This document shows positions 10,545 through 23,325 of a DNA stretch of 64,000 nt, in pieces. Every line of letters begins with the position of its first letter. Positions within the stretch are counted from its first letter, which is position 1. The position numbers were made by a program, and so were the translations under genes. The DNA is from an uncultured Gammaproteobacteria bacterium. Lineage in GTDB: Bacteria > Pseudomonadota > Gammaproteobacteria > JACCXJ01. The notes under the pieces were generated by a model. The model had not been told where the DNA came from. It did no database searches and saw nothing but the letters and a program-made list of their open reading frames with translations. The DNA is taken from positions 192,001 to 256,000 of the forward strand of contig CAVXTM010000012.1 of NCBI GenBank assembly GCA_963764725.1. Direction: 5' to 3'.

Positions 10545-11528
10545 ATGCCACGCGTAGTGCGTTTCCATCAAACCGGCGGCCCCGAAGTTTGCAAATCGAA
10601 ACCATCGACGTGCCGCCGCCGGGCGCCGGCGAGGTTCGGATTGCAGTCAAAGCGTTGGGCTTGAACCGCGCCGAGTCGATGTTCCGATTAGGCCAGTATC
10701 TTGAGCAACCTACCTTCCCCGCACGGCTGGGTTACGAAGCCGCGGGAACCGTCGAAGCGGTCGGACCGGGTGTTAGGGCTTAAAGCCCGGCGATGCCGTG
10801 AGCACGGTGCCGGCATTCTCGCAAAATCAATACGGTGTCTACGGCGACGGGCACTGTACCGGCCGCGGCAGTCGCAAAGCATCCCCCTTCCTTATCTTGG
10901 ACCGAAGCGGCCGCGATCTGGATGCAATACCTGACGGCCTATGGCGCCTGATCGAAATCGCCAGACTGGGTGCAGGCGACACAGTGCTCATTCCGGCGGC
11001 CTCGAGCAGTGTTGGCATCGCGGCGATTCAAATCGCTAGTATGGTCGGCGCAACGCCCATCGCGCTAACCCGCAAACACGACAAGCGCACCGCGCTCACA
11101 AAACTGGGAGCAGCTCATGTAATCGCCACCCAGGAGCAGGATGTCGTCGCAGAAGTCGACAAACTGACCGAGGGCCAAGGTGCTGAGTGGTATTCGACCC
11201 CGTCGGCGGCCCCAATGTCGCCAAGCTGATGGCGGCAATGTCTCGGCTAGGCATTTTGTTTCAATATGGTGCTCTCAGCCCGGAACCAACTGTTCTGCCG
11301 GTAATCGATCTGCTCGGCAAATCGCTTACCGTTCGTGGCTATGTCCTGTTCGAGATCACCGGCGACCCGGCCAGCCTCGAGCGCGGCAAGGAATTTGTGG
11401 TCAGCGGTCTGGCGTTGGGCAAGCTCAAGCCGGTCATCGCGAAGACATTTACTTTTGATCAGATCGTTGATGCGCACCGGTTCTTGGAGTCGAACCAACA
11501 AATCGGAAAGATTGTGGTCACCGTGTGA
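10545..11528 (+). pseudogene. MDR-family NADPH:quinone reductase / zinc-ADH-like, several frameshifts
   Basis: MPRVVRFHQTGGPEV, GLNRAE, LGYEAAG, AASSSVG, FDPVGG, ESNQQIGKIVV are spread over at least 3 frames. Confidence 0.88.
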
Positions 11529-11908
11529 TCGCAATCAGCGGTTGTTGTTGTTCACGTTTCCCTTCAAGGTTTCTCCTCATTCGTGTTTGGGATGAAGCGA
11601 AGCCATTGGTCTTGATTCATAAGCTTATCCATCGACTGCGCAGTTTCACATGCGAAAGTGAGTGTCGCTTTCAGCTCTAAACGACGTCCGGCAGCGTTAA
11701 GGCTTGTTAGACGGCTGCCCGGTTAGTGCTTTGCCACGCATCATGCGCTCGCTGCACGGGCAGACATCTAACAACCCTTAACGAATTGCGACTCTCAGTG
11801 ATCTGCTTCCGTCACAAGCGGTGGCGGGTTTCGGGCGGTGTGCACAATTGCCTTGAGGCGCTGCCTACGGACCTGCCGCGGACGCGCGCAACGAGCAGTG
11901 GCAATCTT

Positions 11909-13964
<2,056 letters not shown>

Positions 13965-14123
13965 GGCTCCTCCTGTCAGGGCTTGTGAAAATTTCTACTG
14001 CGCTCGGCATCTCGCGTTGCATCTAGGCGCGCGAGGCCGGCAACATCCCTGTGCCGCGCTTTCGCTGGCGCTCGGGTACTCGTCCCTGGGCCTGGCTTTT
14101 CGGCGGTGCTCGGAATCCTCATT

Positions 14124-14168
14124 GTCGAAGATCGTCGGGTTCGAGGTCAGGCCGGTCATCGAGAACTC
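14124..14168 (-). pseudogene. Tiny transaldolase remnant
   Basis: Manual translation EFSMTGLTSNPTIFD (G.TSNPTIF signature) directly after the zwf stop. Confidence 0.6.
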
Positions 14169-15560
14169 CTAGCACGGCGCGGTCTCCTCGGGCTTCGGAT
14201 CGTGCCAACCCTCGTCGCCGCTCACGATGCGCGCCGCGACGGCCGGTCCCCAGGTGCCGGGCTCGTACTCGTGCACAGGCTCGGCATTGCCGAGCACCGG
14301 GTCGATTACTCGCCACGCCGCTTCCACGCTGTCGTCGCGCGTGAATAGCGAGGGATCACCGCGCAGCGCATCGCGCAGCAGGCGCTCGTACGGCAAGTTG
14401 TCGCTGCGCGGCTGACGGCGGGCGATCAGCTCCACCGGCTCGCCGCGCATTGCCTCGCCGGGCAGCTTGACCCGCGCACCAGTCGAGATCACCACCTCGG
14501 GGCTGAGCCGGAAGCGGAAATAGTTCGAGGTCGCCAGGCTGATCTCGTCGAAAATCGGCAGCGGCGGGCATTTCAGATTCACCATGACTTCGGTGGCGGT
14601 GATCGGCAGGCATTTGCCGGCGCGGATGTAAAACGGCACGCCAGCCCAGCGCCAGGTGTCGATGTGCAGGCACAGCGCTACGAAGGTCTCGATCCGCGAA
14701 TCCGCGGTCACGCCCACCTCGTCGCGATAGCCGCAGAACTGGCCGCGCACCACCTGGACCGGATCCAGCGGCCGCATCGCGCGGAACAGCCGCAGCTTCT
14801 CGGCGCGCATGGACTCGGGATCGCGCCCGACCGGCGCATCCATCGCCAGCAGCGCGATCACCTGCAGCAGGTGGTTCTGCACCACGTCGCGGATCGTGCC
14901 GACTTCGTCGTAGAACGCGCCGCGGCCCTGCACGCCGAAGCTCTCGGCCATCGTGATCTGCACGTTGTAGACGTAGTGGCGGTTCCAGATCGGATCGAGG
15001 AAGGCGTTGGCGAAGCGGAAGTACAACAGGTTCTGTACCGCCTCCTTGCCCAGATAGTGATCGATCCGGAACACCGCCGATTCCTGGAAGACCTCGTGCA
15101 GCGTGCGGTTGAGCGCCTGCGCGGAGGCGAGGTCGCGACCGAACGGCTTTTCGACGATGACCCGGGCATCTTTGGCACCGCCAGCGTTCGCGAGCCCCTG
15201 CACCACGGTGCCGAACATGCTGGGCGGAATCGCGAGGTAATTCAGCGGGCGCGCGGCGCCGCCCAGAGCCTGCTTCAGGCGCTCGTAGGTTGCGGGATCC
15301 CGGTAGTCGCCGTCGACGTACTTCAGTTGCGCCGACAGCCTGGCGAACGCATCCGCGTCGACGCCGCCGTTTTGCTCCAGGCTGTCGCGCGCGCGCTCGC
15401 GTAGCTTGTCCAGCGTCCAGCCGGAGCGGCCCATGCCAATGACCGGCATGTCCAACTCGCCGCGCCGGATCATCGCCTGCAGCGCGGGAAAGATCTTCTT
15501 GTGGGCCAGGTCGCCAGTGGCGCCAAAGAAAACGAAGGCGTCGGAACTGGATATCGTCAT
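14169..15560 (-). CDS. zwf: Glucose-6-phosphate 1-dehydrogenase
   Basis: [42 protein letters not shown]. Confidence 0.96.
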   Translation of the reverse strand: MTISSSDAFVFFGATGDLAHKKIFPALQAMIRRGELDMPVIGMGRSGWTLDKLRERARDSLEQNGGVDADAFARLSAQLKYVDGDYRDPATYERLKQALGGAARPLNYLAIPPSMFGTVVQGLANAGGAKDARVIVEKPFGRDLASAQALNRTLHEVFQESAVFRIDHYLGKEAVQNLLYFRFANAFLDPIWNRHYVYNVQITMAESFGVQGRGAFYDEVGTIRDVVQNHLLQVIALLAMDAPVGRDPESMRAEKLRLFRAMRPLDPVQVVRGQFCGYRDEVGVTADSRIETFVALCLHIDTWRWAGVPFYIRAGKCLPITATEVMVNLKCPPLPIFDEISLATSNYFRFRLSPEVVISTGARVKLPGEAMRGEPVELIARRQPRSDNLPYERLLRDALRGDPSLFTRDDSVEAAWRVIDPVLGNAEPVHEYEPGTWGPAVAARIVSGDEGWHDPKPEETAPC

Positions 15561-15836
15561 CTCGATCCGTCCTCTCCGCGGTCGGCATCGGCGCGTCTAT
15601 GCAACGACGGCAGCGGGTACTGACGATCTGACGCCATCACGGGCCAGCGAGCACAGTTGATTGTCTCCTCGACCCAGGGCTCCCGATGATCGTCAATCAA
15701 TGGGATGCCCTACCCGCTCTGTTCGCGCGGTAGCAGGAGGTCCTCGATAAAGAAGGCGGAAAGCGCCGCTCGCCCACTGAGATTCGCCTTCCCATAGATT
15801 GCTTGCGCCTGCTGGCGAATCGTCCGCTCGCTGGTG

Positions 15837-16226
15837 TCATGCGCGAGCACAATCTCCTTGTGACTGAGACAGGAGCGCTATCTCCCGTTCGGCGGCCGTC
15901 AACTGCCAGCGATCGAACTGAGAGTCGATGGCCGAACCGAGGCCCTTCAGCAGCTCGCGCATGTCGGCCTGCCACTGCGCCCCCTCGGCGCGCGCCACAT
16001 CGAGATCCCGCATCAGCGAGAGCTGTTCCAGGTGCTGACGTTGCATGCGTCCGAGCAGGTGCACCACTCCCGCCACGGCCAGCACGATGAGGACGGGCTC
16101 GGCAAGCTCCATGAGGATCTGGCCCGGCGTCATGTCGGGCTCCTCTATGATCTCGATGGTCATCAGGCCCGCGATGATGCCGGCCACGGCCCAGATCGGG
16201 TTCCACGCTCTTCGTAATATCTGCAT
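15837..16226 (-). pseudogene. Membrane-anchored LuxR-family regulator, HTH truncated
   Basis: 2 TM helices plus coiled coil, then QFDRWQLTAAEREIALL, ending before the LuxR HTH. Confidence 0.7.
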
Positions 16227-16305
16227 TGCTGTTCACCTCCGCCCCGGCTGAGCGGCGGTTGCTGATCTTAATTCTAAGCTTGCACGGGTCTGCGATGCTA
16301 ACGGA

Positions 16306-16340
16306 GCCGGACCGGGCGGCTCGCAACCGCCCGGTCCGGC
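16306..16340. terminator. GC-rich hairpin between the secreted-protein gene and luxR
   Basis: GCCGGACCGGGCGG / CCGCCCGGTCCGGC 14-bp perfect stem; no clear U-tract. Confidence 0.5.
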
Positions 16341-16357
16341 ACTTCAGTGACTCACGG

Positions 16358-17317
16358 TCAGCATAGGGAGCAACCGACCAACTCGAGCCTCTCGCCCGTC
16401 TCCGGATCCACCTCGAGCACGAACCCGATGCCCGGAACGTAGAATTTGAACTCCACGGCTCCGGGTTCGATCGGAACGAAGTCCCGGGTTTTGAGAACCG
16501 GACGCCCGTTCGCGAAAGGGACGATTTCCTGGGCCTTCAGGCGCAATACCTCGACCACGTCCTCAGCCTCGTTGTTGAGCGCATACTCTTGCCGGTAGAA
16601 CTCGCCCTTCCGCGGTTTCGCCTTGACCCAGAAGCCCGGCTTAGCGCCGTCCTTGCCTGCCTCCCAAGAGCCATCGAGGCTCGCGAGCAGACCATCCTCA
16701 AAGCTCTTGGAGATCTCGCCGAAATACCAGACGTTCCCAGCCTTGTCCTGAGCCACCCAATCGATGGTGTCTTCGATCACCTCGCCGTCCAGCGTGACAG
16801 TGTCTCGAAGGGTGGTCACGGTGACGCCCAGGATCTTCCGCCGCTTCTTGAGCACTTTGACGCGGATCCGCTCCAGCCCATTTTCGGTCTGCTTCTCATA
16901 TTCCCACCACATTCCCGGCGTGAACGGTGCGTAGGGATTGGTGATTTTAGAGACAAAGTTCACCGGAGCGATGACCGGGTCGTACGGGCCGGGACCGAGC
17001 TCTGCACAGACCTCGTCGCGGGTCTCTCGAATATCTCTGCACTCTTCCAAGGCCTCCGAACGAGCCTCTCGCGTGGCGCGCATGCAGGTCTCCAAGGCCT
17101 GGCGGTCACTCAGGTTCAAGCAAATTGCGGTTCCGACTCGGTAGTCGTCGCCAGCCTCAAGCTGGCATGCCTTCAAGAGCTGCCCCGTCGTCTGCCCGCA
17201 GATGTTCGGGCCCGCGCCCGCCGCCAGCGCCCCTCCGGGGCAGAGTCCAATGAGGGCGCAGGCTACAGCCAGGAGCACCGCACGCCCCTCTCTCCAGTCA
17301 TTTCGTGTCGAAATCAT
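16358..17317 (-). CDS. Secreted hypothetical protein with a Cys-rich helical N-terminus
   Basis: Signal peptide, spaced Cys residues, then ITNPY.P, DWVAQDKAGNVWYFGE, SWEAGKDGAKPG, YRQEY; GGAGG RBS. Confidence 0.8.
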   Translation of the reverse strand: MISTRNDWREGRAVLLAVACALIGLCPGGALAAGAGPNICGQTTGQLLKACQLEAGDDYRVGTAICLNLSDRQALETCMRATREARSEALEECRDIRETRDEVCAELGPGPYDPVIAPVNFVSKITNPYAPFTPGMWWEYEKQTENGLERIRVKVLKKRRKILGVTVTTLRDTVTLDGEVIEDTIDWVAQDKAGNVWYFGEISKSFEDGLLASLDGSWEAGKDGAKPGFWVKAKPRKGEFYRQEYALNNEAEDVVEVLRLKAQEIVPFANGRPVLKTRDFVPIEPGAVEFKFYVPGIGFVLEVDPETGERLELVGCSLC

Positions 17318-17330
17318 CTTACACCTCCAG

Positions 17331-17958
17331 TTGAATCACCCCCGGCAAAGCCGGGGGCTTATTGGGTGAGCGCCTCAAAGGCGCCATAACAGCATGAGCC
17401 GCCCAAGGCGGCGGGTCTACATTCCAAGCTTCATCTGCTCGTAGCGCTCGTCTTCTTCCTCTTGGTTGCGTATGTAGGCTCGGACCATGTTTTCCTCCAA
17501 ACCCACCGTGGAGACGAAGTAACCGCGTGCCCAAAAGTTCTCACCGGCGAAATTGCGCTGTCGGCCACCAAACGTTCTGGCTATCTGAATAGCACTCTTC
17601 CCCTTGATGTATCCGACCACATTCGCCACCGCATACTTCGGCGGAATACTCAGACACACATGCACGTGATCCCCCATCAGGTGCCCTTCGACGATCTTCG
17701 ATTCCTTGTGCCTCGCTAGCTCGTGGAATATCTCCCCCAACTGTCGACGCAGCACCCCGAATATCCGCTTCTTCCTTCGCTTCGGTATAAACACTACGTG
17801 ATATTTGCAGTCCATCTCGAGAAAACTCTGATATTCTTTCATCTGTGAATCCCTCTTCTCTTGGCGGAGATCGGAGATTCACACCGACCGTAGTACAGGT
17901 CAAACCACGGTGAGTCCCCCGGCAAAGCCTGGCAAAGCCGGGGGCTTACCTCACTGAG
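17331..17958 (-). mobile_element. IS200-type insertion sequence (tnpA only)
   Basis: CCCCCGGCAAAGCCGGGGG hairpins at both ends (the upstream one with a duplicated GGCAAAGCC); the downstream end finishes ...GGGGGTGATTCAA on the minus strand. Upstream boundary is approximate. Confidence 0.9.
17417..17842 (-). CDS. tnpA: IS200/IS605 Y1 (HUH) transposase
   Basis: CKYHVVFIPK, DHVH, IKGKSA, FWARGYFVSTVG, YIRNQ. Confidence 0.95.
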   Translation of the reverse strand: MKEYQSFLEMDCKYHVVFIPKRRKKRIFGVLRRQLGEIFHELARHKESKIVEGHLMGDHVHVCLSIPPKYAVANVVGYIKGKSAIQIARTFGGRQRNFAGENFWARGYFVSTVGLEENMVRAYIRNQEEEDERYEQMKLGM

Positions 17959-18294
17959 TTATTCATATGTCAGTAGCCCGAGGAGCACGGAACGCGCCTC
18001 AGGATGCGCGTCCGCTACCACCTCGGCCCTAGCAGAGTGCGGCCTCCCCAGGGTTTGCGCCATCCGACAAGTGACCCATGCCGGGCTGGACAACCTCGGC
18101 CGTCCACCGGATTTTTGGGTCCCGGCGGCGAAAGGCCGATGCATCTGCTACCGGCCCCCTTTATTTCGGCCCCTTCCTTTCCAAAATATCACGCGTCACG
18201 CGGCTGACTATCCCGGCGACGGTTGCCAGGGTGTAGACTTCAGGAACCCCCGGGGACTCAGGCCTAAAACAAGCCCAGGGCATCGCATAGAGCC

Positions 18295-19212
18295 ATGTTC
18301 ATCCGCCAACTCCAATACCTCGTGGCGCTGGCCAGGACGCGCCACTTCGCGCGCGCCGCAGAGCTGTGCCACGTCTCGCAGCCGGCCCTGTCGGCGGCCA
18401 TTCAGCACCTCGAGGAAGAGCTAGGCATCGCCATCGTTCGTCGTGATCAGCGCTTCCAGGGCCTCACCCCGGAAGGCGAACGGCTCCTCGGCTGGGCACA
18501 GCGCGTCCTGGCCGACTGGGAGGGGCTGCGGCAGGAGGCGACGCGCTCGCGCGGTGAGATCACCGGAACCTTGCGCATCGGCACCATCCCCACCACGATG
18601 CCGGTCGTCCCATTGCTCACCTCGCAGAGCCGGGCGGCTTATCCCGGCATCCACCAGGCGGTCTTCTCGCTCTCCGCCGAAGAGATCATCCGCAAGCTCG
18701 ACGTTTTCGAGTTGGACCTCGGTCTCACCTACCTCGAAGACCAACGGCTGGGCGGTTTCCGCGTTCTTGCCTTGTACCGGGAGCGCTACCTGTTGCTGGC
18801 ACCGAACCGTGGGGCGTTTCGCGGGCGGGCAGCAATGACTTGGTCCGAGGCTGCCGAGCTGCCTCTTTGCCTGCTCACCCCCAATATGCAGAACCGCCGC
18901 ATCATCGACGCGGCCTTCCGGCAGGCGGGGACCGCACCGAATGTTGCGGTCGAGACCGACTCTGCCTTTGCGCTCTATTCCCACGTCCGCTGCGCCGGGC
19001 TGCACACTATCGTGCCCCACAGCATCCTGTTCCTCCTCGACCTGCGCGAAGAGGTCACCGCCATCCCCTTGTCCCCGGAGTTGTCGCGGCCCATTGGGCT
19101 TATCGCGCTCGGCCGTGAGCCGCCACCACCGCTCATTGCCGCCGTCTGGGAGGTGTTTGCGGGCCTCGAACTCCAGAGCCGCTTCGATACGCTGATAAGC
19201 CCCGCAAATTGA
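18295..19212 (+). CDS. LysR-family transcriptional regulator
   Basis: HFARAAELCHVSQPALSAAIQHLEEELG HTH plus substrate-binding domain. Confidence 0.95.
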   Translation: MFIRQLQYLVALARTRHFARAAELCHVSQPALSAAIQHLEEELGIAIVRRDQRFQGLTPEGERLLGWAQRVLADWEGLRQEATRSRGEITGTLRIGTIPTTMPVVPLLTSQSRAAYPGIHQAVFSLSAEEIIRKLDVFELDLGLTYLEDQRLGGFRVLALYRERYLLLAPNRGAFRGRAAMTWSEAAELPLCLLTPNMQNRRIIDAAFRQAGTAPNVAVETDSAFALYSHVRCAGLHTIVPHSILFLLDLREEVTAIPLSPELSRPIGLIALGREPPPPLIAAVWEVFAGLELQSRFDTLISPAN

Positions 19213-19343
19213 CCCATCCAAACAAACGATTAGACCGACCGGCCGTCCACGCCTGAGGATCTCGCACACCGATAGCCCCGGGACAAGCACAGGGCTTATG
19301 CCCTTAATTCTTTCACGATTCTAAGAACTATAGGAGGTCCATC

Positions 19344-20546
19344 ATGGCCAAGGTTGTTTGCGTGCTTTATGACGATCCCGTTACCGGTTACCCGAAATCC
19401 TACGCCCGCGATGATGTCCCCAAGCTCGAGCGCTACCCTGACGGGCAGAGCCTGCCCACTCCCAAGGGCATCGATTTCCAGCCTGGTCAACTGCTAGGCA
19501 GCGTCTCGGGTGCTCTCGGCCTGCGCAAGTTCCTGGAAGGGAACGGTCACAAGCTCGTCGTCACCTCGGACAAGGACGGTCCCGACTCGGTCCTGGAACG
19601 GGAGTTGCCCGATGCGGACATCGTCATCTCGCAGCCCTTCTGGCCGGCCTACATGACCGCGGCGCGCATCGCCAAGTCACCGAAGCTCAAGCTCATCGTC
19701 ACCGCCGGCATCGGTTCGGACCATACCGATCTGCAGGCGGCGATCGAACGCGGGATCACGGTGGCCGAGGTCACCTATTGCAACAGCATCAGCGTCTCTG
19801 AGCACGTGGTGATGATGATCCTCTCGCTCGTGCGCAACTACATCCCCTCATATCAGTGGGTGATCGACAAGGGCTGGAACATCGCCGACTGCGTCGCGCG
19901 TTCGTATGATCTCGAAGGCATGGCGGTCGGGACCGTGGCGGCCGGGCGCATCGGCCTCGCCGTGCTGCGCAGGCTCAAACCCTTCGATGTCAAGCTCCAC
20001 TACACCGATCGACATCGTCTCTCACCGGACATCGAACGGGAACTAGGCCTCACCTTCCATGCCAACACGGAGTCGATGGTGCGGGTCTGCGATGTGGTCA
20101 CCATCAACTGCCCGCTGCACCCGGAGACCGAACATCTCTTCAACGAAGCGCTGATCGGCAAAATGAAGCGCGGCGCCTATATCGTCAACACCGCGCGCGG
20201 TAAGATCTGCGATCGCGATGCGATCGCCCGCGCGCTCGAGAGCGGTCGGCTGGCCGGTTACGCTGGGGACGTGTGGTTTCCGCAGCCGCCTCCCAAGGAC
20301 CACCCATGGCGCACCATGCCCCACCACGGCATGACCCCGCACATCTCTGGCACCAGCCTCTCGGCGCAAGCGCGCTACGCGGCCGGCGTGCGCGAGATCC
20401 TGGAGTGCTGGTTCGAAGGCCGACCCATCCGCAACGAGTACCTGGTCGTCGATGGCGGCAAGCTTGCCGGTGTCGGCGCGCACTCCTACAGCGCCGGCGA
20501 CGCTACGGGCGGGTCCGACGAAGCGGCCCGCTTCAAGCGGGCCTAA
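19344..20546 (+). CDS. fdh: NAD-dependent formate dehydrogenase (metal-free, Pseudomonas 101 type)
   Basis: MAKVVCVLYDDPV, SQPFWPAY, AGIGSDH, AAGRIG, NTARG, GDVWFPQP, TPHISG. Confidence 0.96.
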   Translation: MAKVVCVLYDDPVTGYPKSYARDDVPKLERYPDGQSLPTPKGIDFQPGQLLGSVSGALGLRKFLEGNGHKLVVTSDKDGPDSVLERELPDADIVISQPFWPAYMTAARIAKSPKLKLIVTAGIGSDHTDLQAAIERGITVAEVTYCNSISVSEHVVMMILSLVRNYIPSYQWVIDKGWNIADCVARSYDLEGMAVGTVAAGRIGLAVLRRLKPFDVKLHYTDRHRLSPDIERELGLTFHANTESMVRVCDVVTINCPLHPETEHLFNEALIGKMKRGAYIVNTARGKICDRDAIARALESGRLAGYAGDVWFPQPPPKDHPWRTMPHHGMTPHISGTSLSAQARYAAGVREILECWFEGRPIRNEYLVVDGGKLAGVGAHSYSAGDATGGSDEAARFKRA

Positions 20547-20635
20547 AGGTTCGATTCCCGGCGCCTTACGAGCAGCAGCGCAGCGAGCGCCGGGATGGCG
20601 AACCCGCTGACGGACGATCGCGGGTACAGCAAGTC

Positions 20636-20677
20636 ATCCGGCCGGGCCGACGGGATTTCCCGTCGGCCCGGCCGGAT
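20636..20677. terminator. Perfect ~19-bp hairpin between convergent fdh and desaturase genes
   Basis: ATCCGGCCGGGCCGACGGG-ATTT-CCCGTCGGCCCGGCCGGAT. Confidence 0.6.
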
Positions 20678-20809
20678 CGCACGTCGTACGAAAGACCGCG
20701 TCGCTCTTGCCATGTCACGCCATAGGCCCTCCTTCCATTAACAGATTCAATTCACTGCGCTCCACGCTACCGATTAGGAGCGAGATCGGTCGATAAAGCC
20801 GCGCTAAGC

Positions 20810-21574
20810 TCAGGAAGAATTCCGCATCGGCTTCGGCGCAATCTTTTTAACACGAGCGAGACCGAGCGCGCAGAGAGCTCGTATATGCATCCAGCCTAGA
20901 TCGAGCTCCCACCATTTCGATGAAAACTTCGCGGAGCTCGGAAACGCGTGGTGGTTATTATGCAACTCCTCGCCCCCGATCAAGATCCCCCAGGGCATAA
21001 AATTGGTGGAGGCGTCGGCAAGCTCGTAATTCCTATATCCCCAATAATGGCCGAGCCCGTTGACCACACCCGCGGCGAAGAAGGGGATCCAAGCCATTTG
21101 GATCGCCCAGATGGAGAGCCCAAGTGGGCCGAATAAGATGAGGTCGATCACGAGCATGACGGGGGTACCGTACTCGAAACGCGTGCTATAAATATTCCGT
21201 TCCAACCAATCGTCGGGTGTGCCATGCCCGTATTTCTCCGCGATCGCAGGATCCCTGGCTTCGGCCCGATAAAGCTCGGCTCCCTCTAAAAGCACCTTCC
21301 TGATGCCGAATACCACTGGGCTGTGCGGATCCTCGGCCGTTTCGACCCGCGCATGATGTTTGCGATGGACCGCGACCCACTGTCTTGTAACCATCGCTGT
21401 CGTTAGCCACAACCAAAAACGAAAGAAATGGGAGACGATAGGATGCAAATCGATGGCTCTGTGAGCCTGATGGCGATGTAGGTAAATGGTGACGGCGGCG
21501 ATGGTGATATGTGTGAGGAGAAGCGTATAAGCAATGTAACCCCACCAAGGCAGGTCCCAAATGCCACCCATCAT
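20810..21574 (-). CDS. Delta-9 acyl-CoA/fatty acid desaturase, short form without the C-terminal extension
   Basis: His boxes HRHQAH, HRKHH, HNNHH; ends shortly after KKIAPKP. Confidence 0.88.
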   Translation of the reverse strand: MMGGIWDLPWWGYIAYTLLLTHITIAAVTIYLHRHQAHRAIDLHPIVSHFFRFWLWLTTAMVTRQWVAVHRKHHARVETAEDPHSPVVFGIRKVLLEGAELYRAEARDPAIAEKYGHGTPDDWLERNIYSTRFEYGTPVMLVIDLILFGPLGLSIWAIQMAWIPFFAAGVVNGLGHYWGYRNYELADASTNFMPWGILIGGEELHNNHHAFPSSAKFSSKWWELDLGWMHIRALCALGLARVKKIAPKPMRNSS

Positions 21575-21611
21575 AGAATTTCCCAAATCCTTGTAGCGTT
21601 CCGCTTAATTG

Positions 21612-22556
21612 CTACCAGGCAATCCCGACGGCATCGCCCCGTGCTTGCCTGTCGGCGTGGTAAGACGAACGCACCATCGGCCCGCTCGCGACCCGGCTAA
21701 ATCCGAGCGCTTTAGCATGATCGCCGAGCGCGCGAAACTCCTCCGGCGTGACGAACCGCTCGACGGGCAAGTGATAGCGGCTCGGTTGCAGGTATTGACC
21801 GAGCGTCAGCATGTCGCACGCATGCGCGCGCAAGTCTTGCAGGGTCTGCTTCACTTCGTCCAGTGTTTCTCCCAAGCCTAGCATTAGGCCGGATTTCGTC
21901 GGGATCAAGGGGTGTGCCTGCTTGAAGCGCTGGAGGAGATGCAGCGAGCCCGCATAGTCGGCGCCGGGGCGAACCTTGCGGTACAAGCGCGGAACGGTCT
22001 CAAGATTATGATTGAAGACATCTGGGAGCGCCGCATAAAGCCGCTCCAATGCCAGGTCCATGCGCCTGCGGAAATCGGGCACCAAGATTTCTATGGTGAT
22101 CCCGGGAAGGCGTTGGCGCAGCGCCGCGATGCACGCGGCGAAATGGCCGGCGCCGCGATCTTCCAAATCGTCGCGATCGACCGAGGTGATGACCACATAG
22201 GAAAGCCCCATAACCGCCACCGCCTCCGCCAGGCGTTGCGGCTCGAGGGGATCGACCGCGTCCGGCCGCCCGTGGGCGACATCGCAAAACGGACAGCGCC
22301 GGGTACAGATGTCTCCGAGGATCATGAAGGTGGCGGTTCCGTGCGCGAAACACTCGCCGAGATTCGGGCAGGCGGCTTCTTCGCACACGGTGTGGAGACG
22401 CCGTTCCCTGAGCAGTTCCTTCAACCGCAAAACCGAGGGCGCCACCGGGAACCGGGCGCGGATCCAAGGCGGCTTGCGAGCCAAGGGCGGGCTTGTTGTA
22501 GCAGGCGCGATCTTACGCCGGCCGGTGAGTGATGGGTGGGTCTCGTCGAGTGACAT
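21612..22556 (-). CDS. lipA: Lipoyl synthase
   Basis: [27 protein letters not shown]. Confidence 0.97.
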   Translation of the reverse strand: MSLDETHPSLTGRRKIAPATTSPPLARKPPWIRARFPVAPSVLRLKELLRERRLHTVCEEAACPNLGECFAHGTATFMILGDICTRRCPFCDVAHGRPDAVDPLEPQRLAEAVAVMGLSYVVITSVDRDDLEDRGAGHFAACIAALRQRLPGITIEILVPDFRRRMDLALERLYAALPDVFNHNLETVPRLYRKVRPGADYAGSLHLLQRFKQAHPLIPTKSGLMLGLGETLDEVKQTLQDLRAHACDMLTLGQYLQPSRYHLPVERFVTPEEFRALGDHAKALGFSRVASGPMVRSSYHADRQARGDAVGIAW

Positions 22557-22593
22557 CGATTAACGGGCCTCGCGTCCCGGTGAACGCATTAAA

Positions 22594-22713
22594 TTTATTC
22601 CCCGCGGTCTGTCGCGGGATCCTTAGCCATGGGGTTTCCAAAGGGAAGAAGCGCAGCTCTCCTCTTTGGTCGCCCTACGGGGATCATACCCCGTAGGGCG
22701 AAATCAAATTGAT
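22594..22713 (-). repeat. Dispersed three-hairpin repeat, copy A (inside the lipB 3' end)
   Basis: Shares ATGGGGTTTCCAAAGGG...CTTTGGTC and flanking hairpins with copies B-D. Confidence 0.85.
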
Positions 22714-23323
22714 CGTCATAACCGAGATTATCGAGGAGGCTCGCAACCAGGGGTTTCTTGACCACGCTCATGCTTTCCGCGACGCCCTGGTCGTAAAGCT
22801 GGGTCACTGGCAACCCTGCGTAACCGCAGGGGTTAATTCTACGAAACGGGCTGAGGTCCATGTTCACGTTGAGCGCGAGCCCATGGAACGTACAACCCCG
22901 CCGCACCCGCAAACCCACCGCCGCCACCTTCGCGCCGTCGAGGTAGACCCCAGGCGCACCGGAACGTCTCCGCGCGAGGATCCGCCAAGTCTCGCACAGG
23001 TCGATCACCGCTTGCTCCAGCGCGTTGACGAAGCGCTTGACTCCCCAACCCATGCGCCGCAAATCGGCAAGCACATAAACGACCAATTGCCCAGGCCCAT
23101 GGTGGGTCACCTGGCCGCCGCGATCACAACGGACCACGGGGATTGCGCCCGGATCCAGAAGATGCTCCTCTTTGCCGCCTAATCCGAGCGTGAACACCGG
23201 CGAATGTTCAAGCAGCCAGATCTCATCCACCGTCGCCTCGGTGCGCCGGTCCGTGAATCGGCGCATCGCCTCCCATGTGGCGGTGTATTCCGTTAATCCG
23301 AGATCCCGGATGAGAGGCCGCAT
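22595..23323 (-). CDS. lipB: Octanoyltransferase with a repeat-derived C-terminal tail
   Basis: ATG at 23323 (MRPLIRDLG); EHSPVFTLG, DRGGQVTHHGPGQ, HGLALNV, INPCG. Confidence 0.95.
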   Translation of the reverse strand: MRPLIRDLGLTEYTATWEAMRRFTDRRTEATVDEIWLLEHSPVFTLGLGGKEEHLLDPGAIPVVRCDRGGQVTHHGPGQLVVYVLADLRRMGWGVKRFVNALEQAVIDLCETWRILARRRSGAPGVYLDGAKVAAVGLRVRRGCTFHGLALNVNMDLSPFRRINPCGYAGLPVTQLYDQGVAESMSVVKKPLVASLLDNLGYDDQFDFALRGMIPVGRPKRRAALLPFGNPMAKDPATDRGE

Positions 23324-23325
23324 CG

